A stretch of 64,000 nucleotides of DNA from Microthyrium microscopicum (lineage: Eukaryota), in NCBI GenBank assembly GCA_010405405.1, contig MU004244.1, forward strand, positions 251,895-315,894, in the 5' to 3' direction. Under the pieces are notes generated by a model, which was not told where the DNA came from, made no database searches, and worked only from the letters and a program-made list of their open reading frames with translations. Made by a program: the position numbers and the translations under genes. Positions 39,401 to 49,897 of the stretch are shown here, one piece after another; position 1 is the stretch's first letter, and every line of letters begins with the position of its first letter.

Positions 39401-41047
39401 TTCCATGGACCAGTGCCGTTCCTCGAATATCCACGGAAAAACTCTGGTCTTTCTAATGTTTCCAGTAGTCCCGGCCAGATGGCACTCGGTGGACCTACAC
39501 TTGTTCCCAGCCCAAGAGCACCATCGGGCTTTGATGATGTGTGGAGTGAATATGACGATCTTATCGATCTGCTCGCACCGCAAACACCGAAAACGCCACA
39601 TACAGGATCGTCCTTTGGTGCCCCTTTTCAATATTCCAGCCTGGCGTCTCCAGTAGAGGCTCGATATGCAGACATGCCTTCACCACATCACATGTCTATT
39701 CCATCCGTTCCTTATATCATGCGACAGATGAGGGCAGCGTCCGTTCGCGAGTCTCAAGTTCTCACGCCTTACGCCAATACTGCAACACCCAATTCGATAG
39801 TCTCTGTTTCAGATTTCCTTGCAACATATGGTGATCGGGCTGCTGGGATGATGGACACGCTTGCTTCTATGACATCGGCAGCCAACACCCCAAGGATTGG
39901 TCTATCTACGCTGGAAGAAAACTCGGAAAATTCATCTGTTACACCCCAGCCAGTTGTTTCCGCCGCTGAAGCCCCACGCTCTCGCAAGGCACGGGACAGC
40001 GTAAGCATGCAATTGGTCGAGGCGCAGCATATGGGCTTCGAGACAATGGCCAACTTGAGATTTAGTGCTCTTATGACCAGCAAATGGCTATCCTTTGGAC
40101 GAGTTTTGTTCAGCCCCGCTCACTTTGAAATGAAGAACGCCCGAGAAGACCGTATCCTTGTTATTGATGGTCTTGGCAAAGGTATTTGAACTTGATCTTT
40201 CTCTGCCTGATCATACTAACAAATACACCTAGATTGGTCCTTCTACATTGCTCTCAACTACAGCAATGCCATGGTCTATAACATTGGCACCGAAGCTACT
40301 GATTCAGCTACTACTAAGACCGGTTCTCTAGAGTCACCTTCCAATCATCGACACATTCAACACCCTTCATTGAATGCTCCATTTCCGTTCCCTAAGGGGT
40401 TTTTCGCGGCTGTTGTCTTCAGGTTTCCTATCGTCACCTCAGATTCTGCATATCGCTTCGCAATTTCTGAATGCAAGCGAGTTCTTCGTCCTGGTGGACA
40501 CTTGGAAATCAGCGTGCTCGACATGGATATGCTAAACATGGGTAACCACGCTCGCCGTGCTTTACGCTCGCTCAAGGAGCGCATCAACGCTGTAGACTCT
40601 TCGACGAGTCTCAAATCCATTAGCGATACCATGCAACGGATGTTGGGCCGACGAGGCTTTGAAAATTTAAACCGATGCTTCGTCGGTGTACCAGCAGCTG
40701 GCTCATTACCCAATGCCTCGGAAGGAAGCTCTCAACAGTCACCCGCCTCTGGCAGCCCAGTCACCAACGCTTTCAAGAGACAAACAATGCCATCCTTTGG
40801 CGACCTTTTACGTGATCAGTCCGTCTCAGGTGATGACGGTATCACTCAAATGGTTGGTAGAGTTGCTCGTTGGTGGTACTCTCGCTGCTACGAATCTCTT
40901 GTTCTGGCTGATGGCGACATGACCCAGAGCATCTGGGCTGACGACAACCTTCTCAAAGAGTGCGAAATGCGTGGCACCAGCATTAGACTCATGGTCTGCC
41001 ATGCACAAAAACCTGACTGTCCAGTCCGGCGCACAATCAGTGTCTAA
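36434..41047 (+). CDS. About 1520-aa Ser/Pro/Arg-rich protein with a C-terminal class I SAM-methyltransferase-like domain (exons 36434-40181, 40233-41047)
   Basis: A GTATTT..TACTAAC..TAG intron joins RILVIDGLGK|DWSFY in frame. The C-terminal part has PFPFPKGFFAAVVFRFP and SECKRVLRPGGHLEISVLD, which are methyltransferase type 11-like motifs. Confidence 0.8.
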
Positions 41048-42315
41048 TTCCCTGGACTTCGGATACTCCACCAAGTCCCTCCCACCTCACTCTTCTCTTC
41101 TTCATATTGGTTTATCTCTGGCCTCTACTTTATTTAATTTTTACTCAGCGACTTGATTTCATCAGCATTTACCCTTGCATATTCTCATAAAGACTGTCGT
41201 TTCTTCATCCTGCATAGCGATCAGCACGGCGTTTCTCTTTTCTGCTTTCCCATTTCTCATTATTTCGGTGCATACCAAGAAAAGCAGATTGGCAAAAGCA
41301 CATGCATACGTATTACTACACCCTACGGCGCAAGCCAAAACCTGTTCATGAGAAGCATTTTCATGTTTCATACGACCTTTGATGACGATGAGCTTTTTGA
41401 TGTTGAAAGCATGATACCCCCCGCGTGTGGCAAGCTTTAGTGGAGGAACATGCATCTTGGGATATATTATCAGATGACTGCATCTGGGATGCAGTACGTT
41501 GGCAGTCTGATATTAGTGGTATGGCGGAGATATGCTACCTCTCCTTGAGAGGTTAGAATTGAATAAATCCGAGCGATTGGATATATATGTATTTAGGACT
41601 GGGCTAATATATTATATTATCATGACATGATCCCTTCGAACACACTCGTTGAGTAGATTTACCAGCTTTGCACTAGTAACGCATCGTAAGGCTCCAAATT
41701 TCTTGGCCAGCTTAATTTCACAGTACCTGTGTACGTATACCGTTTGAAGTTGACTCCGCATGTGGTTAAATACCTACCAAATTATTCGTCTTTCACCACT
41801 GGAGTTGGGCCCAAAGCACATTTAGCACATTTATAGCAATTGCACATTACGATATGCTTTGGATGTCAGCAGTACTTTATCAATTGTTCGCATCGTAATG
41901 CTCACCAGCTGCTTTTTGCAAAAGAAGTACTGAAGCCAACGCACGGCATATCTTCCTTGTCGTGGAGCAACACCATACTACACAGTATTTAGTCCACATC
42001 CACTCAGGCGCATCAGACGACCTTATTGAATCTTGCGTCAGTTCACCATCTATTTAGGTGCCCGTAAAGACTGAAATAAGGGGACCTGCAAGTAAATATT
42101 GTTCAAATATATGAAATCAAGATCAATAGTAATGGAAGCGAGCCAAGATTTCTCGCTATAGATTGTTTTGCTGGAACCTAACGTTCTTTGCTAGACTCTT
42201 GAATCCACTGCACAATTTTCACTTCTTAAATACTGGGCATACTGGGCATGATAACTTCCACGTCTCCAGACTTCTTCTTCTGATCATCCATTGCTGCTCA
42301 AATCTTACAGTCACC

Positions 42316-43498
42316 ATGCGGCCGTCAACCATCATGTTGGCTCTCAAAGCTGTCGTGGTACTTGCTGTTCCGGCTACACTTCATCCCAACCGTGAGGACG
42401 TTGAGCATGAAATCGTAAAGCTTGAAGCGCGTCTCCGAACCCTCGAGAACGTAAGTTGAACCCGTCGAACCTTTCTCACTTGCGTATTGTCATGTCCAAA
42501 CTTCTGAATTCATACCATGCTGAAGCTTATATTGATAAATTGTGGCCAACACTGTAAATACTGACAAATGTATAGCTCGAGCACCCTGGATATCCCAAGC
42601 TGATAACTGTTCCAGGATACAGGGACGTAAAATGTGAGCATTCCCTTCTCCTTGCCCACGTTGGTCTTCAGATAGCTTGAATATCTGTTCCCAGTGCTTC
42701 CAAGCACGAGTTGAACGGGGTTGAGCTGATGGGCCACTGCTATGATACGACTCGGGGTCATCTTGCTAACAATTTTGCCAGGCAATGCTCATTTATATGG
42801 CACTTGTTTTCAAGCGGAGTATGTATTTTCCTACGCTAGTTTTGTTGAGATTTGCTAATTCTGTGAAGGCGCCGAGTAGTTCTCCAAAGATTCTGGGCTG
42901 TCGGAGTTGGCAGAGTCAACTATGCCAATGCATCAGCCCACAATGGCGAGGACCACTGGGATTACATCGAAGTAAGTAACCAAACTCACCTTTCACGTTC
43001 TTCCTTATTTGCCGCCTGTAACTCAAGACTGACTGTTCGACAGGCATTTGGAGAGGATGGTCAAAAGCTTAGGGACGCTTTTGATGGACGATGCAGTGCA
43101 GTGACTGATTGGGATTTCCATTTGGGATATGACGACCATGAAGGCGAAATCAACGCCGCGGGATATACATGGAGTGTGAGCTTTAACACGCCAATCTTTT
43201 GCAGATATCAAGACGCGTTGAATCGCTTCAACGATTTCAAAGTTCCATGGTATGTTTTGCTTGTCCAGTGATGATGACTTTCACATTTGGAATATTGGCT
43301 AATGTCTGTTTGTGTATTTCTAGGGCTCTTGACTGGGACGATGAGGTCGTTGGACTTGCTCCACTGGCAAAACAGACAATGCGCCGCTTTGAAATGGTAC
43401 AAGAGTATGAGGATGCCAAGGCAGAGAAACATGAGATCAAGATGCTCATTGATACTCTGAAGATGGATCTCAAGAACTTCAAACGTACCTTTGGCTAG
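42316..43498 (+). CDS. Orphan secreted protein, 237 aa, 6 exons (42316-42450, 42576-42633, 42782-42818, 42869-42971, 43044-43249, 43324-43498)
   Basis: Five introns with GT donors, CTRAY branch points and AG acceptors splice to an uninterrupted 714-nt frame. Signal-peptide-like N-terminus, 4 Cys, heptad-like helices at both ends. Confidence 0.75.
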
Positions 43499-44454
43499 TA
43501 GTGCCACTGTGTAGAGCCATGGATCGCGCTTCAATATGGGAGTAAAGGTCACGCTTAGGCTGTTGTTGAGCATTTGGGTAATGGTGTTTGGATGTAATGG
43601 AGGATGCTTCTAGTCGAACAATTATACTGATGTACCGTCGAGTTCCTTTGGCAACAACTCCGAATAGTGAGTGATTCTGCTCTAATGCAGGTTGTTTTCC
43701 GTGTATGTAGCGCACAGTGTCACCAATGACGCTCACGGACCGACCGGTGAAGGATTGTCAGCATGACATGCACAAAGTCATGATTAGTGACATTTCCGTG
43801 CTCCAACGGATTCGAATCCGTCGAGTTTGTTGCACGAGCAGTCATATCTTGCAGTCATAACGTGACGAGGCCGTAGGCATGGTGTTCGGAGCGTAAAGAT
43901 ATGAAAAGTAAGCAGAGTACAAGAGTGGGATGAAGCAGAGGCTATTGGCAGTGCTCCGGGGCCTTGACAGTGTATGGTATACGGGGCACTTTCTAGAAAC
44001 CGTACATACATCCAATGGAGCACGAAGTGATGTTACTTTGATCCAAATATCCATACGGTTGATGCGGAGGCGAGGATAACGAAGTGATGGAATGCGGTTG
44101 AAATTATGTTGCTCCCTAAAGACTAGCAAAGTGGAGACGACGGGAGGCTGGGAGATGCAGACTGTTGATTGGCTGAGAAAAGCTTCTAGAACGATGGATT
44201 GGAAGGATGCAGCGCCATTTGGTGCTTGTGGGAAAGGAGACGTGCATAAAAGAGGCCAATCATTGACACGGCATCCCCGTTGCATCTTTTTTGATAGAGA
44301 ACGTAGTACTCGAGCTGCATTGGGGTTGGTCAAGGATTCAAGGCCCACAAGCTGAGAAATCGTCTCAAAACCGCTCTCTCGCCTTTCATCTTTCAGCTCT
44401 CAAGTCTTGGCCTCCTGTCTTTTATATTGCTACCCAGTGGGTGGTAGTGCCTTC

Positions 44455-44956
44455 CTTATCCCAGTTGTGTTCTGCTGAGGCAATGTAACAATGGCAGGTG
44501 CTAATCGCCCGCCAGCCCTGTCTTCCTTCCTGATTGAGTGCGATCGACAAAGAAGGAACGATAAGAGCGCGGCATTCTATCAAAACCAGGTCCGATAGGA
44601 TGATCTCGAGTACAGCAGGGAGTTACGACCTGCGATAAACCGCTTGTAGGAGCTGCCACCCAGGGTCATCATTGATGGCTACTACCCGCTGGCCATTGCG
44701 TGCCTGCCGTGCTTGGAGGGTTCACGGGGAGCACCTGCATATATGAAACCAGGGTGTGTAGTGGTGAGTGGTGAGTGGGTAGTGGTGACCCTAGAATGAA
44801 TCGCTCTTTACCAATTAGGGATGTTGGGGTCTTGTGGGCGCTCTCAGGCTATTCTGGTGCCTCAAAGATAACGCTGTCCGAAAAGGGTATCGTTAATTTC
44901 ATATTTATACTTGACTGCCGGAATAATCAACCTTGCCCTACACCAACTAATTTATC
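44455..44956. promoter_or_regulatory. Cluster of five GATAA sites upstream of the peptide transporter (candidate AreA/NIT2 nitrogen-regulation sites)
   Basis: CTTATC 44455, GATAAG 44560, GATAAA 44634, GATAAC 44867, TTTATC 44951; about one would be expected by chance in 500 bp. Confidence 0.45.
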
Positions 44957-45078
44957 ATCGCTTGGGCTCATAGTTCTCGCCTTGACCCTCTACCTCTACC
45001 TCCACTACACACTCGTAGGTACTAACTACATCGTCACTCGCTGTTCAAGGTCTATATTGAACTTGCAAAACCGCGAGA

Positions 45079-47016
45079 ATGGCTGGTAAATATCTCTACT
45101 TCATCTCACGTTGCCCCGCTAACAAGCGCAATTGCAGACAACCATACAGCCCCGCCTCGCTACGATGCTGAAGAGCATGTCGTGGACAAGCCTATCTTTG
45201 CTGATGAGTCCGCCCACCCGACAAACCTACCACCAATCCTTCTCGACGATGAAGGTAATGAGGCTAGACATCCAACAGACGAGGAGATGAAAACTCTCCG
45301 TCGCGTTTCTGGCAAAATTCCCTGGATCGCCTACTTTCTATGTCTCGTCGAGTTCGCAGAGAGAGCCTCCTTCTACGGAGTCAAGCCTCTTTTCGTCAAT
45401 TACGTCAAACGTCCACTTCCTAAAGGCGGAAATGGCCTTGGTGCTCCACCCAAAGGACAGTCCCAAGCCGGCGCCTTGGACAAAGGCTCCTCGGTCGCCA
45501 ATAGTGTTTCTCAATCCTTCTCTATGTTGGTATATGCGCTGCCTGTCTACTTTGGATGGCTTGCCGATCAAAAAACTGGCCGTTTCAAGCTCATTGTTTG
45601 GGGCGTCATCATTTGTGGTGTTGCACATGTCATCATGGTTGCTGGTGGAGCTCCTAAGTTGCTTGCGAACGGCAAAGCCATTGCCCCATTCATGATCAGT
45701 GTCTATCTCCTTGCTGTTGGTGCAGGTAAGAAGCTTCTTTTTATGATCCCTACATTTATTGACCTGCCTTAGCCATGTTCAAGCCCAACATCTCTCCAAC
45801 TCTTCTGGATCAAATGCCAAATACTGCCCCGGTCATAAAAACCACCAAGAAAGGCGAAACTGTCATCGTCGACCCGGAGGCTACTACTGAAACAATCATG
45901 TTGTGGTTCTATCTACTTATCAACATTGGTGGATTCATGGGAGTTCCCACCACATATGTGGAAAAGTACGTCGGCTTCTGGTTGGCATTCTTCATCCCTC
46001 TTCTTCTGTATCTGCCACTATTGCCTATGCTTTGGGTCTTGCGCAACAAGCTGGTTCTACACCCACCTGGTGGTAGTAATCTGGGCCATGTGATGCGTAT
46101 TCTGGGTATTTGCTTCAAGCGAGGAGGCTTCAAGAATATCTTCAGACAGGGATTCTTTGAGGTTGCGAAACCATCTGTCATCGCACAAAGCAGCAACCCG
46201 ATTGAAGTTCCATGGACGGACCAGTTTGTCAACGATGTTCACCGCGCTTTCCAAGCTACCGCTATCTTCTGCTTTTTCCCAATTCAGTACATCAACGACA
46301 ATGGTCTCGGCGAAGCTGCAGGCATTCAAAGCAACATGCTCAAGAGCGATGGAGTGCCAAATGATGTTATCGGTAACTTCAACTCCCTTGTCATCATCAT
46401 GTGTATTCCGATTGTCAACCATCTTCTCTATCCTTGGCTTCGCAAGATGAGAATTCATTTCGGCCCAATTGCGCGCATCACCCTTGGTCTCGCAATTTCT
46501 ACCATTGGTGGCGTTGGATACACCGTCTTGAACTACTACGGATACAAACTGTCTCCATGTGGTAATTTGGGAACTAGTGACGAGTGCGTCGATGCCGGGA
46601 AGGTCGCTGATGTATCGATCTGGTGGATGGCTATTCCCTATTCGCTGGGCGGTATATCTGAAATCTTCACCAACGTACCAGCTTACGGTCTCGCTTATGC
46701 CATGGCACCGCCAAACATGAGAGGATTAGTCTCGTCGCTCAACCTCTTTAGCACCGCTATTGCTTACGCCATTGGTCTAGCATGCTCTGGTGTTGTCCGC
46801 GACCCATATCTCACCTGGTAAGCACAATAACCTTGGAACCAATACTCGCTGATACTAACTTGAAACAGGTGCTTTGGAGTTCCAGCTATCCTCGGTGCTA
46901 TCGCAACTCCTGCTTTTTGGTTCATCTTCAAGCATTTGGACAAGGAAGAGTATGTGCTGTCACACGAGAACGAGTACGTTCAGGATGCACCAGAAAAGGT
47001 GAAAGAGAAGTTATAG
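45079..47016 (+). CDS. PTR2: POT/PTR-family di-/tripeptide transporter (exons 45079-45085, 45138-45725, 45773-46817, 46869-47016)
   Basis: VEFAERASFYG (ExxERxxxY), FGWLADQKTGRF, GAAMFKPNI, WFYLLINIGG (PTR signature), AYAMAPPNMRG. Confidence 0.92.
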
Positions 47017-47825
47017 TGTGCCACAACATGGCCAGGCTGATAAGCTCCACTGAATCTGTTTCCGGTGGACTTCTAATTCTCATGACCTTTTGAATACGGT
47101 CATTACCTAATTCTAACATTGTCGAACCGAGTTGAAATACTTGCTCCTCGGGTGCCAGGAGGACACTGCTTATACTCACTTAATGACTTTCGGAGAAACT
47201 CCACCTGTAGTATAGCGCAATACAATCGTTTGTGATACTTTCCCTTCCCACTCATGAATATCAGCACTCTGGTGCAGTCCACCCTTTTAGTTTATACTTA
47301 TATCGCCATTCGCGCGGGTATTCACGTGCTTTGTAGCTTGAATATACAGGTAGGAGAACTTACAGACCAGGCATACAAAAGGAAGGTTTCCTCAACAGCC
47401 TGCTCCTACTAAACATCGTATTATTGTCAGATTTGTACGTGCCAAGCCACAGCCCGTTATGGCTCTGACCTGGTCTCAAGATGATAAAGACATCATTCAA
47501 CTACCTGTTAGCAGCAATGGATATTTGGGTCGAATGGCGACAGGGGGTGGAAAGCAAACCGGAGTTGCAAGACTTGTTGATTGGTATGGGACCAAGTCCT
47601 GAGCTCGCAGCAAGATAGCAATGCAGTACCAATGGCAACGAAATGAACTCGATGCTGCATCAAGGTGTAGCCTTCATAGATATTCAAGCAACCATATCCC
47701 CTTGATTCTGATTGCAGCGTGCGATAACTGTCGTGACGTCTGACATTGAGACACAGGTTGATGTTAGAAGCTGACAAGTGGTGAAGTCCCCCAGAACTCA
47801 TCAAATAGCAAATATTTTAAGATGG

Positions 47826-48966
47826 CTAATTCCTCCTCTCTTGATATTTCATAGCTCCCCTTCCCTTATACACAATTCCATCCATACTATCTCCACCACC
47901 AGCGTCGTCGAATGCACCCAATCGCCCCTCATCAGCCCTAATATTATGCCACCTCCTACCTCTCTGCCCCCTATCCTCCCTCCTATACTGATTCGGCAAA
48001 CTCTTCTGCCTCCGCCATCCCTCCTCTTCGCCCTTATCACTCACTGGCCGACTAGGCGGCGGACTGCGCTTCCTGCCCTCCCCATTCCCCTCCTCCACCG
48101 GCGTCGCACTCGCCCTTTGCCGTGCGCGGCCCCGCCTTGTATGATCTACCTGGGCATCGCTGCGCCGCCGCTCATCAACGACACTGCGACTACTCCGACT
48201 TACCGTGCTCGCCGAATCAGAGTGTCGCCTTTGCCTTCTATGCCGATGCGCATGCCGTTGACGACTCGCTGATGGTCTTGTGTGTCCACGTGATGGGCTC
48301 GGGGAGCGAGACGGCGTGCTGGTATGACGGCGCTTATGACGACCTCTTGAGCGGGAGGATTCGTCTGCATGCTCCACAGTGCGTTTGTTGCTGCGTTTCT
48401 CGAGTTCGCCGGCGCGATTTATGACAACGGAGACAGTAGGCCGGTCGTCAGCGTCGACGGGAACGGCGGCGATGCGGGGGAGGACGTCGTCAAGACCTGT
48501 CACGAGGCGGCCGAAAACGGTATGTTTTGCATCGAGGTGTGGTGCTGGTGCGAGCGTGATGAAGAATTGTGAGCTGTTGGTGTCGGCCCCCCGGGTAGCC
48601 ATACACAGTAGGCCAGGGGCATCGAGGGCACGCCAGCCGAGAGATTCGTCGGGAAAAGTTGGTCCGAAGATGGAGATGCCGCCGGTGCCGTTGGCGGCGG
48701 TGGTGTCTCCGCCTTGGATCATAAAGTCGGGAATGATGCGGTGGAAGGGGGTGGATGTGTATGTTAGCGGTGGTTTGGTACCGGTGCAGAGAGCGCGGAA
48801 GCTGAGGAGTCATTAGAATTTGACAATTGGACTTATGGGAGCATAGGTACTTCTCGCAGGTCTTTGGTGCTTGCTCGGCGAAGAGCTCGATAGTGAGACG
48901 TCCAACATGTAGATCATCGATGGTGACATCGAGAAACACCCGCGGTCGAGCAGCTGCGGATGGCAT
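47826..48966 (-). CDS. Cyclophilin-type peptidyl-prolyl isomerase with Arg/Ser-rich C-terminus (PPIG-like); intron 48850-48802
   Basis: RPRVFLDVTI, APKTCENFRALCTG, FHRIIPDFMIQGGD, NSSQFFITL..HLDAKHTVFG, then an SR-rich tail ending YKGRGAMKY. Confidence 0.92.
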
Positions 48967-49516
48967 ATTGGCTTATCAGCCAGCTTTTTCTGACGGCCTA
49001 TGAGATATATAAATGGTGTAGATCTCACGCACGAAAGGCGATACAGAGAATGACTGGTGCTGGAAGCTGGTGAAGTGGTGATGATAAAAGAGGGTATTGA
49101 TTACAAGCTACAGCACCTCGGCAAGGATCAAGGATCTACAAGTTCAGCCTTGCATATGTCATTGTCAATGCTCAGCCTTGTTGGCGTTTGTTCAGCCTTG
49201 TTGATGAAGCTTTATGCTGCTTGCGACATACTCTACAGTAGTCTTCTTCATGTAGCAACTATAAAATAAATTCAGCACAGCAGAATTAGCAGGCCGATTG
49301 CGCATAGAAACTGCTATTCGCTATACAATAATAACTATTACTATTTGATGCCGATACATCCCTCACGCATGACTTCAACACAGTCGTGTCGCAGCTTTGG
49401 AAGCTCGATAATGCTACTTAACAAATGCACACAGGAGAAAAGTTATTGAAGCCAGTCGTTTCTTCCACCAGTATCAGACTCAACGATGTATTCTCATCAA
49501 GGCTCTTCTCTGATTT

Positions 49517-49897
49517 TCAAACGAGAGGCGGAGGGGGAGGGGGAGGGGGAGGTGGAGGCTGTCCATCTTTGCCAAGGTAACTTTCGGGAACATATGATTT
49601 GCTGGCTGCAGTCAAATTGGCCTTTGTCTCGTGGAATTTCTTGGTAAGCTCCTGCGAGGATTTATAATTCGCCATCTGCAGCTCTTGGGTCGCTTCGTCC
49701 GCTGCCACGACAGGGCTGGCCCCGTGGGCAGTCAAGGCAGGCTTCGGCATGTGCGGCTTTGTGTAATGTTTGCCCGTAGAGTATTTGATGTACTCCTTCG
49801 GGTTCATCCCCATCCCTATGGCCTGGAGTAACGCTGCAGCCGTTGGGGGAAATGTAAGATTGCCGACATGTAAGGCTCCAGGATTGTTAGGGTCTTC
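49517..49897 (-). other. 126-codon open extension in frame with the E2 gene, after a single TAG
   Basis: ...GAG GAG GTC TAG GAA GAC CCT... continues without a stop to a poly-Pro tract and TGA at 49517. Confidence 0.6.

Noticed and set aside
43806..43821. ACGGATTCGAATCCGT, a perfect 16-bp palindrome resembling a tRNA T-loop / B box
   Set aside because: It lacks the G53-C61 pair, and no acceptor, D or anticodon arms could be built on either strand. A similar GGATTCGAATCC occurs inside the AAR2 CDS, so it is probably chance.
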